A DNA stretch of 64,000 nucleotides from an uncultured Actinomycetes bacterium. GTDB lineage: Bacteria; Actinomycetota; Thermoleophilia; Gaiellales; JALYLC01. The notes below the pieces were generated by a model that was not told the DNA's origin, searched no databases, and was given only the letters and a program-made list of their open reading frames with translations. The stretch spans positions 66,500 to 130,499 of the forward strand of contig CAVPLI010000002.1 in the NCBI GenBank assembly GCA_963705965.1, read 5' to 3'. A program made the translations under genes and the position numbers. Position 1 is the stretch's first letter, and each line of letters begins with the position of its first letter. This document shows positions 1 to 8,970 of the stretch, piece by piece.

Positions 1-658
1 GCGACTTGAAGTGCTCGCCGTAGTCGTTCGGGCGCTCGAAGGCGGTGATGTCGAGCATCTCCTTCTCGTGCACGCGGAAGTCGACGCGGTCGCCGAACAA
101 CCCGCGCAGATGCTCCTCGCTGCCCCACAGCGGCGCCGGCTGCGCACCGGGCGGCGGGGCGGGCGCGAAGGGCCCCATGACCCGGAACAGCGCGCCGATC
201 ATCCCCTCGGGAGTCCAGCTGAGCAGCGCGATCTTCCCGCCCGGGCGGCACACTCGCACGAGCTCGTCGGCGGCCTCTTGGTGGTGCGGCGCGAACATGA
301 CGCCGATCGCCGACATGACGAGGTCGAACGACTCGTCCTCGAACGGCAGGTGCTCGGCGTCGGCCTCGACCCAGTCGAGTTCGAGACCTTGCGACTCCGC
401 GTCCTGGCGACCCGCCTCCAGGAGTTCCGGCGTGAGGTCGCTGGCCGTGACGCGCGCGCCGCGTTGCGCGGCCGGGATCGAGGCGTTCCCGGAGCCGGCG
501 GCGACATCCAGGACGCGCATGCCGGGAGCGATCCCGCATGCGTCGACGAGTCGCAGGCCGATCGGCAGCAGGAACGTCTCGACCATGGACGGGTAGTCAC
601 CCGTGGCCCACATCGCCCGGTGACGTGCCTTGAGCTCGGAATCCGCCGTGGACGACAA
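1..658 (-). CDS. class I SAM-dependent methyltransferase (3' end runs off the window; start TTG 658 or ATG 613)
   Basis: Manual reverse-strand translation gives ...SSTADSELKARHRAMWATGDYPSMVETFLLPIGLRLVDACGIAPGMRVLDVAAGSGNASIPAA...LWGSEEHLRGLFGDRVDFRVHEKEMLDITAFERPNDYGEHFKS. It carries the VLDVAAGSG SAM-binding motif. A purine-rich GGGAAGGGGGAG tract lies just upstream. It is absent from the ORF track because no stop lies inside the window. Confidence 0.7.
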   Translation of the reverse strand, partial: MSSTADSELKARHRAMWATGDYPSMVETFLLPIGLRLVDACGIAPGMRVLDVAAGSGNASIPAAQRGARVTASDLTPELLEAGRQDAESQGLELDWVEADAEHLPFEDESFDLVMSAIGVMFAPHHQEAADELVRVCRPGGKIALLSWTPEGMIGALFRVMGPFAPAPPPGAQPAPLWGSEEHLRGLFGDRVDFRVHEKEMLDITAFERPNDYGEHFKS

Positions 659-747
659 AGCTCCCCCTTCCCTGTTGACGCGCCGAGGCTACTCCCGTGG
701 AGCGCGGGAGTCCAGGGCTCCGCGGCAAGTCCCGCGGAGGGCCCGGT

Positions 748-1572
748 TCAGGCTCCGCGGCGAGCGGCGAACAGCGCGCTCACGTGCTCGCAGGCCAGGC
801 GGCCCGCCTCGAGCGCCGCCGCGCCTTCCGCGCGCGCGTACGCGTAGCTCGCGAGGAAGGCGTCGCCCGCGCCGGTCGGGTCGATGTCGGTCACGGCCTC
901 CGCCGAGACGTGGCCCGAGCCTCCCGCGGACGCGATCGCCGCTCCCCGGAAGCCGAACGTGACGAGGATCTCGGGCACGCCGCAGTGCTCGCGGATCGCG
1001 GCGGCATCGGTCGTGGCGAAGGCGGCGAGCGCCTCCTCCTCACTCAACTTGAGCGCCTGCACGTGCCGGAGCAGCGCGTCGTCCAGCGTGCCGCTGAGCA
1101 CGAGCGGCCCGACCTGCGGCAGTCGCAGCGGCCCCTGTACATCGAGCGCGACGCAGCGCCCGCCGTCCGCCAGGGCGGCCAGCACCTCGGGCCCGAGGTC
1201 TCCGCCGCGCTGCGTCCCTGCGTGGATCCAGGTCGCTCCCTCCAGCGCGGGTGCGGCCCAGGTCGCGATGTCCTCGGCACTCCAGGCGACGCCGATGCTC
1301 GCGAGCGTGTGGTCGCGCTCGCCGTCCTCGCGGTAGCGCAGCTCGCTCTGCATGACCGTCGCGTCGATCCGCAGGCAGAACGGGTCGGCGAGCGCTGCGA
1401 TCGGCGCGGCGAGCGCTTCGTCGTCGCAGCGGGTCGCGACTCCGGGGCGCACGCCGAGCGCCGCGAGCGCACGCGCCGCGAAGATCGGCGACCCGCCCGG
1501 GCTGTGCGTCGGCTCGCGACCCGGGAGGTACACGACGTCTCGCACGGTCGATCCGACGATCGCGACGCTCAT
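748..1572 (-). CDS. PfkB-family carbohydrate kinase (ribokinase-like)
   Basis: 274-aa ORF with the C-terminal DPTGAGDAF signature typical of PfkB kinases. Codons are GC3-rich. Confidence 0.85.
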   Translation of the reverse strand: MSVAIVGSTVRDVVYLPGREPTHSPGGSPIFAARALAALGVRPGVATRCDDEALAAPIAALADPFCLRIDATVMQSELRYREDGERDHTLASIGVAWSAEDIATWAAPALEGATWIHAGTQRGGDLGPEVLAALADGGRCVALDVQGPLRLPQVGPLVLSGTLDDALLRHVQALKLSEEEALAAFATTDAAAIREHCGVPEILVTFGFRGAAIASAGGSGHVSAEAVTDIDPTGAGDAFLASYAYARAEGAAALEAGRLACEHVSALFAARRGA

Positions 1573-1613
1573 GGCGCGGCAGGATACGGGCGGAGCGAGG
1601 CGTAGAGCGTGAC

Positions 1614-2249
1614 ATGCGTCGAGCGACCTCCCTTCCCGTGCTCGCCGCAGATCGTTTGCCGGGCAAGCTGCGGGGAGGCGCGATCCGCCTGCTCATCGCC
1701 TGTCTGGCGATCTGGGCACTCGGCATGCTCTCACCCGAGATCACCGAGAACCGCGCGATCGTCGTCTTGATCTTCGGCTGGGGCGCGATCCTGGCGGGCG
1801 TGCTCGTGATCGTGTTCGGGACGCAGCGGATCGTGGACCGGCTCGACGTCCCGCTGCTCGGCGCCGGCGTCGCGCGCGTGGCGGCGCTGATCCTGGCGCT
1901 CCGCAAGATCGGGCTCGTGCTGCTCGCGGTCGGGTTCTTCCTGTTCTGGACGCTGATCTACATCGGCGTCTGGCGGTCGCATCCGGAAGGCGCGTTCAAG
2001 GGCCTGCCCGAGACCCCGAGGTTCTCGGACTTCTTCTACTACTCCGTCTCGACCGGCTTCGTGAGTCCTCCCGGCGACATCACCGCGGCCAGCAAGGGCG
2101 CCCGCACGGCGACCATGATCGAGCTGCTCACGGGCACGGCGGCGCTGGCCGCCTACCTCGGGTCGTTCCTCGACTTCGGCACCGCGGCCGCGACCGCGGT
2201 GGCCGCGGGCGAGGAGCCGCCCCCGGCGAGCGACCCGGCTAGCGCGTGA
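1614..2249 (+). CDS. multi-pass membrane protein, ion-channel-like pore region
   Basis: The 211-aa ORF has several hydrophobic helices. FSDFFYYSVSTGFVSPPGDI resembles a K+-channel pore helix and filter (TxGYGD), but degenerate. Confidence 0.65.
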   Translation: MRRATSLPVLAADRLPGKLRGGAIRLLIACLAIWALGMLSPEITENRAIVVLIFGWGAILAGVLVIVFGTQRIVDRLDVPLLGAGVARVAALILALRKIGLVLLAVGFFLFWTLIYIGVWRSHPEGAFKGLPETPRFSDFFYYSVSTGFVSPPGDITAASKGARTATMIELLTGTAALAAYLGSFLDFGTAAATAVAAGEEPPPASDPASA

Positions 2250-3048
2250 CTTCGCTGGCGTCGTCGACGGGGATGTCGACCTCGCCCTGGACGCCCTCGA
2301 GCGCGACGACGAGCATGTCGTCGAGCACCTTGTAGTTGCGCACGACGCCCTGGCCCTGCGGGGTCTTGACGGTGCGCCCGACGGCCGGCGCGCGGTCGCG
2401 GAACGAGCGGTAGACGGGGTGCTCGAACGCGAGGCAGCAGCGCAGCCGCCCGCACAGGCCCGTGATGCGCCCCGGGTTCATCGGGACGTCCTGATCCTTG
2501 GCCATGCGCAGCGTGATCGGCTGCTCGTGCGAGGGGAAGCGCGTGCAGCAGCGCACCGGCCCGCACATGCCGCCGCCGCCGCACTGGCGGGCGGCCTCGC
2601 GCGGGCTCACCTGGCGCACCTCGACCCGGCAGCTCAGGCGGCTCGAGAGCGGCCCGGAGATGCCGCGCAGCTCCGTGCGCTCGTCGGCGCGATAGGTCAG
2701 CGCGATGCGCGAGCGGTCGAAGGCGACGTCGGCGCCGACCGGTCGCGCGTTCTCGATGCCGCGCTCGCGCAGGACGTCGCGAAAGGCGAGCATCGCCTTG
2801 CGGCCGAGTGCGCGGTTCTCCTTCACGCGCTCCTCGTCGGCCGGCGTCGCACGGCGCTCGATCGGGCGCAGCGCGGGGTCGCGCGGCGAGCGCTCGACCT
2901 CGTGATTGCCCGTCACGACGCGGGCGATCTCGGGTCCGCGGGAGGTGCCGCAGATCACGCGCTCGTCCCACGCCAGCTCGAGCCCGTTCGGGTCGAAGCT
3001 GTACACCTTCCCGCCCGGCGAGAAGACGACGTTCACGGCCCAGGCCAT
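2239..3048 (-). CDS. yaaT: PSP1-domain protein (YaaT/RicT family)
   Basis: The 269-aa ORF has the Cys-rich PSP1 core (CGGGGMCGPVRCC...GLCGRLRCCLAFE). It sits in the conserved tmk-holB-yaaT order. Confidence 0.85.
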   Translation of the reverse strand: MAWAVNVVFSPGGKVYSFDPNGLELAWDERVICGTSRGPEIARVVTGNHEVERSPRDPALRPIERRATPADEERVKENRALGRKAMLAFRDVLRERGIENARPVGADVAFDRSRIALTYRADERTELRGISGPLSSRLSCRVEVRQVSPREAARQCGGGGMCGPVRCCTRFPSHEQPITLRMAKDQDVPMNPGRITGLCGRLRCCLAFEHPVYRSFRDRAPAVGRTVKTPQGQGVVRNYKVLDDMLVVALEGVQGEVDIPVDDASEVTR

Positions 3049-3084
3049 TTCCGGCCCCTTTCAGAACCCGCTAGGGACGGGCTC

Positions 3085-4197
3085 TCATGCGTTCGCCTGC
3101 TCGGCCCGGGCGATCGTCCGCAGACGGTGGAAGAGCGCCTCGAGCGCGAGGGTCGGCGTAATTGTCAGCTCCAGCGCTCGGCGCGTGTCGCGCGCGGCCT
3201 CGAGGCAGCGCGCGGCAAGTGCTTCACGACCGTTTGCAGCATCTTTTGCAGCCTGCTCGCGGTGGTCCGAGTGTACCAGCGTGTCATCGGCTCCGAGCGT
3301 CGCAGCCAGCAGATCGCGGTACCAGGTGACGAGCGTCTCGACGGCCGCCCGCGCCTCCTCGACCTCGGCCGCGCGGCCCCGGCGCTTGGCCAGCGCCTCG
3401 CCCTCGCGGCGGACGCGCGAGGCCTCGGCGCGCGGCGGATGGTCGCCGAGCGCCTCGACGCGCTTCGCGGTCTCGCCCTCCGCGATCTCGCGCGCCTCGG
3501 CGCCGCGAGCGCTGCAGGCCTCGGCGACGGCCCGCGCGGCGGCGCCGGGATCGAACGCCTCGTCGTCGTAGACCGCGCGCGCGAGCGCGAGGTAGCGCTC
3601 GCGCCGGTCGCGCGCCTCGCCGCCCTCGATCAGCTCGCGGGCGCGCTCGAGATCGCCGCCGCTCGCGCGCGCGAGCGCAAGACCGGCGGGGCCGCCGAGC
3701 CCGAGCTCCGTCGCGACCTCGGCGGCGGCGAGCGGTGCGAAGCGCACCGTCTCGCAGCGCGAGCGCACGGTTGCGAGCAGGCGGTGCGGCTGGGAGCACA
3801 CGAGGATCACGACCGCGTGGGCGGGCGGCTCCTCGATCGATTTCAGCAGCGCGTTCTGGACGACCTCGGGCATCGTCTCGGCGTCCCAGATGAGGTAGAC
3901 GCGGCGCTCGGCCGAGAACGGCCGCAGCTGGATGTCGCGCCACAGCTCGCGCACCTGGTCGATGCGGATCTGCGTGCCCTCGGGCCGCACCTCGAGCAGG
4001 TCGGGATGCCCGCCCTCGAGCGTGCGCTCGGGCAGGCCCGCGAGCGCGGCCGCGAAGCGCCGCGCATGGGCGGCGACGCCGTAGCCGGGGCGGCCGAGCA
4101 GGAGGTACGCGTGGCTGGGCCGGCGCAGCGCGACGCGCAGCCGTGCGCGCGCGGCCTCGTTGCCGATCAGCCCGTGGAACGGATCGGTCTCGCTCAT
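3085..4197 (-). CDS. holB: DNA polymerase III subunit delta prime
   Basis: N-terminal clamp-loader AAA+ module (SHAYLLLGRPGYG, QNALLKSIEEPP, SRCETVRF). Its start overlaps the tmk stop. Confidence 0.9.
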   Translation of the reverse strand: MSETDPFHGLIGNEAARARLRVALRRPSHAYLLLGRPGYGVAAHARRFAAALAGLPERTLEGGHPDLLEVRPEGTQIRIDQVRELWRDIQLRPFSAERRVYLIWDAETMPEVVQNALLKSIEEPPAHAVVILVCSQPHRLLATVRSRCETVRFAPLAAAEVATELGLGGPAGLALARASGGDLERARELIEGGEARDRRERYLALARAVYDDEAFDPGAAARAVAEACSARGAEAREIAEGETAKRVEALGDHPPRAEASRVRREGEALAKRRGRAAEVEEARAAVETLVTWYRDLLAATLGADDTLVHSDHREQAAKDAANGREALAARCLEAARDTRRALELTITPTLALEALFHRLRTIARAEQANA

Positions 4198-4829
4198 AGG
4201 CCGAGCGCCTCGCGCACGCGTGCGGCGATGATCTCCGCGTCGCCCGTGCCGTCGACGCGCACGAGCCGGCCGTTGCCCGAGGCGAGCACGTCGTCGTAGG
4301 CGGCGATCACGTTGCGGTGGAACTCGATCGGCTCCCGCTCGATGCGATCGGCCGAGCCGGGGTCGCGGCGCTCGGCCGCCTGCTCGGCCGTGACGGCGAG
4401 CAGGACCGTCGCGTCGGGCCGCAGGCCGCCGGTGCCGACGTCGTTGATGGCGCGCACCGCATCGGCCCCGACGCCGCGCACGACGCCCTGGTAGACGAGC
4501 GAGCTGCCGACGAAGCGGTCGGCGATCACCGTCGCCCCGCGCGCGAGCGCGGGTGCGATGACGTCCTCGACGAGTTGCGCGCGCGCGGCGGCGAACAGCA
4601 GTGCCTCGGTGCGCGCCCCGAGCGGCGCGGTGCTGTCGAGCAGGAGCGTGCGGACGTGCTCGCCCGCCTGCGTCCCACCGGGCTCGCGCACCTCGACGAC
4701 CTCGCGGTCGAGCCCGCGCAGGTGTGCGGCGAGCAGCCGCGCCTGCGTCGTCTTGCCCGCGCCGTCGGCCCCCTCGAAGGCGATGAATCGCAGGGCGTCG
4801 CGGTCCGCGGCGCGCTGTTCAGCCGGCAT
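4194..4829 (-). CDS. tmk: thymidylate kinase
   Basis: FIAFEGADGAGKTT P-loop followed by REPGGT, 211 aa. Confidence 0.92.
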   Translation of the reverse strand: MPAEQRAADRDALRFIAFEGADGAGKTTQARLLAAHLRGLDREVVEVREPGGTQAGEHVRTLLLDSTAPLGARTEALLFAAARAQLVEDVIAPALARGATVIADRFVGSSLVYQGVVRGVGADAVRAINDVGTGGLRPDATVLLAVTAEQAAERRDPGSADRIEREPIEFHRNVIAAYDDVLASGNGRLVRVDGTGDAEIIAARVREALGL

Positions 4830-5016
4830 GGTCGATCACTTCCGCGAGGCTACACAAGGGCGCGTCGTGCCGCGCTCCTCGCGCCCGCCGCCGCACGGCT
4901 TGGTTGCTGCGGTTCGGGGTAGAGCGCTCCGAAATGGATCCGTCTGCGAACAACTGTCATGCTGAGGGCGACCACTGCCGATGGAACGACGATAGCCGCA
5001 CCGCGCAGGAGCTTGA

Positions 5017-5624
5017 ATGCGCATGGCGAAACGTGAGCCTCCCATGTCTGCAGCCCCCGCTTACATCGTGTACGGGCACCGCCACGCGGTGCGACTTGTG
5101 AGTCGCCTTGTCGCCATTGGTCTCCTGCTCGCCGCGATCGCCACCGTGCTCTTCGGCATCGTCTGGCAGCGCGGCTCCGACGGCAACCAGTCGGCGGCCT
5201 CTGCCCGCGGCTCGGCGGCGCGGCCATCGCCGTGCACCACGATCGCACCGGCAACGCCTCGGTGCCCGTCAACAAGCCCGCGGCCAAGACGCCGCCGCCC
5301 GCGACGAAGCCCAAGAAGCACCGTCCGGCAAAGCCGATCCCGCCGAACTCCAAGATCCCGGTGATGGTGCTCAACTCGAACGGCATCTCCGGGCTGGCGC
5401 ACCAGATGGCGGCGCGCCTGCAGGGCGCCGCGTATCCGATCGCCTACGTCGGCAACGCGCAGAAGCGCGGCCTGCCCACGATCGTGCAGTACGCGAAGGG
5501 CTACGGCCCGGCCGCGAGGAAGCTCGCGAAGCTGGTCGGCAACGTGCAGTTCGTGACGCCGCTCGACGGCATCACGCCCTCGCAGGCCGGCAAGGCCAAG
5601 CTCATCGTCATCCTCGGCACCTAG
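5017..5624 (+). pseudogene. LytR_C-domain cell-envelope protein, split by a -1 frame change as assembled
   Basis: The ORF at 5017 supplies the cytoplasmic N-terminus and a TM helix (LVAIGLLLAAIATVLFGIVW), then turns into Arg/Pro junk. ORF 5232-5624, in another frame, supplies a Pro/Lys linker plus the LytR_C domain (IPVMVLNSNGISGLA...KLIVILGT). The junction is near 5215. Confidence 0.6.
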
Positions 5625-7648
5625 CCGCCCGTGGTACACGCGTCGCTGGCCGCGATGACCTCGTCATCGGAGCCCGCGAAGACGTTGTCGTGGCCCGAGA
5701 GCGCACGCGCGCGGGCGAGGCTCGCCCTCCACGCGGGGTCGTTCCAGCACCAGCGCTGATAGCCCGCCAGCGTCAGCCAGACCTGGGCGTCCTCCCGCGC
5801 GAGCGAGAGCGCGTGGTCGACCGCGCGGCGCGCGTCGCGCGGGCGGTCGAGCGCCTGCAGCAGGCTGGCGCGCTCGAGTTGGACATCGACAGACGTGCGG
5901 TCGAGCGCGCCCGCGAGGTCGGCCTCGACGCGCGCCTCGTCGAGCCGGCCCTGCCCTTCGAGGCGTCCGGCCCGGTCGAGCCCGCGATTGCTCAGCACCG
6001 GAAGCGTCGCGGGGATGATGGCGAGCGCGAAGACGGCCGCGGCGACGACCGCGAGGCCGCGGCGGGGCGGGCGCGCGACCGCGACACCGCCGCCCGCCGC
6101 GCAGGCGATGAGTGCGGGGATCGGGTAGGCGAGCAGCGTCAGTGCGCTCTGCTTCCACTCCCAGTCGATCTGGTTGTGCAGCGCGAACGCGCCGACGCCG
6201 GCAGCCAGTGCGAGCCCGGCGGAGCGCTCGCTGCCGCGCAGGCGCGTGACCGCCGCCACGCAGGCGCCGGCGGCTGCGAGCGCGATCGCTGCCGGGATCG
6301 CGCCCACCAGCCCGAGGCCCGAGAGCACGTGGAAGAGGATCGAGTGCTCCTGGCCGGCCTGCTGGAAGTCGGGTCGTGCGAGGCGGTCGATCGTCTCGAA
6401 CGTGTCGGCGCCGTTGCCCTGCAGCGGGTGGGCGGTGAACCCGTCCCAGGCCTCGCCCCACCAGCGGCTGCGGAGGTTCGTCGAGAGCGAGTTGAGATGA
6501 TCGGTGGAGCCGACCGCGCCGCCGCCGGAGATCTGGTTCCAGGCATGGCTGAGCGCGCCGCCGGGGCCGCCGTGCGCCGAGGAGAGCTTGACCGCCGCCG
6601 CGACTGCCCCGATCACGAGCACCGCCGCGGCGACCTGGCCGCAGATGCGGCGCACGCGCTCGTCCGCGCGCTGCGCCAGCTCGACGGCGAGCGGCCCGAG
6701 GATCGCCGCCGCCAGCACCGCCGCTGCCGAGTACCAGACCAGGCGGTCGCCGGCGGGCACGGTGAACGGCGCGTCGAGCGCCTTGAAGGAGCGCAGGTCG
6801 ATGCCCCAGCGAGCGACCGGGACGGTCACGACGAGCACCGCCAGCGCGGCCGCTCCGGCCTCGGTCCTCCGGTCGCTGAGCGCGAACCAGGCGGCGCAGC
6901 CGATCACCGCGGCGAGCATGCCGCCGCGCGAGGAGGCCAGCGCGAGGCCGAGCACGAGCAGCGCGAGGGTGCCGCTCCCGGCGACGCGGCGGGCGCGCTG
7001 CGGCGAGCTCGCGAGCCACAGTGCCGCGGGCGCCGCGAGCGCCGCGTAGGCGCCGATCGCGTTCGGGTAGCCGAGCACGCCCTGCAGCCGCGGCGAGGTC
7101 TGGAAGAACACGCCGTCCGCGCGTTGCTGGATCGCGTAGGCGACGAGCGGCAGCGAGGCGGCGCAGAGCACCCACGCGGCGCTCTCGAGTGGACGGCGGA
7201 GCAGGCCGGCGAGCAGGGCACCGGCCGCCGCGGCGCCCGCGGCCACGAGCCAGCGGTTGGCGTCGCCATAGGACGTCTGCGGCGTCAGCGACCAGGCGAT
7301 CGAGGCGTAGGACGCGAGCGCGGTCAGCGCGAGTGCGCCGACGTAGACCTGCACCCGGCGCGGCGGCAGGGTGGGCACGTAGACGCCGGCGGCCGTGGCG
7401 ACGGCGGCGAGGGCGAGGGCTCCGAGGCAGACCGCGACGCCCAGTGCGATGCCGCCGCTCGAGGCTCCGCCACCGCCTTCGATCGCGACAACAGCGGCCA
7501 GCGCCAGCCAGACGGCTGCCGGCCACGCGCCCGCCGCGTCACGCAGGGACGCACTGACAGGACGCACAGGAGTAGGATAGTCGGGCACTGACGGGAACCT
7601 GTCGACGACGGCAGGCGCCCGCGGCCGATGCAGGCGTGACCCCAGCAC
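5621..7648 (-). CDS. O-antigen ligase (Wzy_C) family polytopic membrane protein with a C-terminal helical-repeat domain
   Basis: The 675-aa ORF has more than 10 hydrophobic helices and a central loop (ASSRGGMLAA...) typical of O-antigen ligase-like proteins. The start codon is uncertain. Confidence 0.8.
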   Translation of the reverse strand: MLGSRLHRPRAPAVVDRFPSVPDYPTPVRPVSASLRDAAGAWPAAVWLALAAVVAIEGGGGASSGGIALGVAVCLGALALAAVATAAGVYVPTLPPRRVQVYVGALALTALASYASIAWSLTPQTSYGDANRWLVAAGAAAAGALLAGLLRRPLESAAWVLCAASLPLVAYAIQQRADGVFFQTSPRLQGVLGYPNAIGAYAALAAPAALWLASSPQRARRVAGSGTLALLVLGLALASSRGGMLAAVIGCAAWFALSDRRTEAGAAALAVLVVTVPVARWGIDLRSFKALDAPFTVPAGDRLVWYSAAAVLAAAILGPLAVELAQRADERVRRICGQVAAAVLVIGAVAAAVKLSSAHGGPGGALSHAWNQISGGGAVGSTDHLNSLSTNLRSRWWGEAWDGFTAHPLQGNGADTFETIDRLARPDFQQAGQEHSILFHVLSGLGLVGAIPAAIALAAAGACVAAVTRLRGSERSAGLALAAGVGAFALHNQIDWEWKQSALTLLAYPIPALIACAAGGGVAVARPPRRGLAVVAAAVFALAIIPATLPVLSNRGLDRAGRLEGQGRLDEARVEADLAGALDRTSVDVQLERASLLQALDRPRDARRAVDHALSLAREDAQVWLTLAGYQRWCWNDPAWRASLARARALSGHDNVFAGSDDEVIAASDACTTGG

Positions 7649-7851
7649 GCGACCGAGGCGAATTGCGTTCCGAAAGCGCTCAAGGTCGAAAGGGTGACTG
7701 CCGATACCTCGATCGGGTGAGGTAACGCCGGCCCGCTATGAATCTTCACGAAACACTTACCAACCCGCCTACCATCGCTCACGCGGTCCCGGTACCGTCT
7801 GGTCTGCGACAGGGTGATACGTCTGTACCTCCTTCCCCTGGCGCCACACAC

Positions 7852-8346
7852 ATGGCCCGTCCTCGACACCGCCATTCGCTCCTGATCAGCCTCGCTGTGC
7901 TCGGCGCGCTGCTGCTCGTCCCCACGGGGGCTTCGGCGGCCACGTGCGACTGGCGCGACATGATCGACGCCGCGGCCAACAACCGCCAGATCAGCTCGCA
8001 CTCGACCGAGTGCTACCAGGTCGCCCTCTCCGAGGTCCCGGCCGACGTCGACGAGTACCTCCCCGAGGTGCGCGCGAACCTGATCGGCGCGATGCGCCGC
8101 GATGCCGGCATCCAGGCGAAGATCGACGGCACCACCGTCAGCCGTGCGGTGCAGAGCGCGCAGGCGCCCGCCGTCGCGGTCTCGGTGCGCGGCCCCGTGA
8201 CCGACCTGCTCGAGGGCCTCGGCCCCTCGCACGTCGACGAGGTTCCGGCGCCGGTCGTCGCGCTCGGCGGCCTGGCGGCGCTGCTCCTGCTCGCCGGGCT
8301 CGGCACCTCGCTCGCCCGCGTGCGCACGCGCCGTCTCTCGCGCTGA
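7852..8346 (+). CDS. exported protein with signal peptide and C-terminal membrane anchor
   Basis: MARPRHRHSLLISLAVLGALLLVPTGASAA signal and a C-terminal helix followed by RVRTRRLSR. ATG 7852 is preferred over ATG 7738 because the 38 upstream codons are rich in A/T-ending codons, unlike genes here. Confidence 0.6.
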   Translation: MARPRHRHSLLISLAVLGALLLVPTGASAATCDWRDMIDAAANNRQISSHSTECYQVALSEVPADVDEYLPEVRANLIGAMRRDAGIQAKIDGTTVSRAVQSAQAPAVAVSVRGPVTDLLEGLGPSHVDEVPAPVVALGGLAALLLLAGLGTSLARVRTRRLSR

Positions 8347-8393
8347 CCGACCGGCCTGGTTGAGCCGTTTGTCGCGTCGTCCGACGCGCCTGC

Positions 8394-8440
8394 CACTGTA
8401 GCTGGCGTGTGCTGGGGGCAGACAACGCTAGATCTGGGGT
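8394..8440 (+). promoter_or_regulatory. candidate tandem NrdR boxes upstream of nrdR-nrdJ
   Basis: Two imperfect 16-bp palindromes, CACTGTAGCTGGCGTG (8394-8409) and ACGCTAGATCTGGGGT (8425-8440). Their centres are 31 bp apart and they end just before the nrdR start. The match to the NrdR-box consensus is weak. Confidence 0.3.
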
Positions 8441-8447
8441 GGGGCGC

Positions 8448-8930
8448 GTGATTTGCCCAACCTGCGGGGATGGCGAGACGCGCGTGCTGGAATCGCGCAT
8501 GAGCGACGCCGGCGAGGCCATCCGCCGTCGCCGCGAGTGCCTCGACTGCCACGCGCGCTTCACGACGTTCGAGCGCTACGAGCAGTCGGTGCTGTGGGTC
8601 GTCAAGCGCGACGGCAGCCGGCAGCCGTTCGAGCATGCGAAGCTGTTGCGTGGCCTCGAGCGCGCCTGCGTGAAGCGGCCGGTCGCGCTCGAGACGGTCG
8701 AGCGCATCGTCGAGGCGGTCGAGGCGGGGTTCCGCAGCGACGGTCTCTCGGAGGTGCCGTCGGGGGCGATCGGCGAGGCCGCGCTGCTTCATCTGCGCGA
8801 GCTCGACGGCGTCGCGTACATCAGATTCGCGTCCGTGTACCGGTCATTCGAGACCACGGACGAGTTCCAGCGCGAGCTCGAATCCCTGGATTTCGACGGG
8901 CGAACACTTGTTCGCTCGGCGACTCTCTAG
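8448..8930 (+). CDS. nrdR: transcriptional repressor NrdR
   Basis: From GTG 8448: N-terminal zinc ribbon ICPTCG...CLDC followed by an ATP-cone (VVKRDGSRQPFEHAKL...). It lies directly upstream of nrdJ. Confidence 0.9.
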   Translation: MICPTCGDGETRVLESRMSDAGEAIRRRRECLDCHARFTTFERYEQSVLWVVKRDGSRQPFEHAKLLRGLERACVKRPVALETVERIVEAVEAGFRSDGLSEVPSGAIGEAALLHLRELDGVAYIRFASVYRSFETTDEFQRELESLDFDGRTLVRSATL

Positions 8931-8970
8931 CTGATAGAATTAAGACCCGCTCAAAGGAGGGGACGGACTC

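Noticed and set aside
2419-4299. Long ORFs antisense to or overlapping confidently identified genes. Examples: 2419-4299 (+), 5108-7591 (+), 8821-11349 (-), 13319-15853 (+), 17217-18725 (+), 40455-42473 (+), 46496-49429 (+) and 59457-62354 (-).
   Set aside because: Their translations are Arg/Ala/Gly/Pro-rich low-complexity strings with no recognisable motifs, and each lies opposite a gene with clear family signatures. These are the shadow ORFs expected when stop codons are rare in very GC-rich DNA.
4900-4960. tRNA-like D-arm string GGTAGAGC (4918-4925) in the tmk / LytR_C intergenic region.
   Set aside because: I could not fold a cloverleaf. The putative D-stem pairs at only 3 of 4 positions with an over-long loop, the anticodon stem is not complementary, and there is no GTTCGAATC-type T-loop on either strand.
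7738-7851. The upstream ATG at 7738 as the start of the exported protein (ORF 7738-8346).
   Set aside because: The 38 extra codons are dominated by A/T-ending codons, unlike genes in this window. They would also place a long non-hydrophobic extension in front of a canonical signal peptide. ATG 7852 is preferred.
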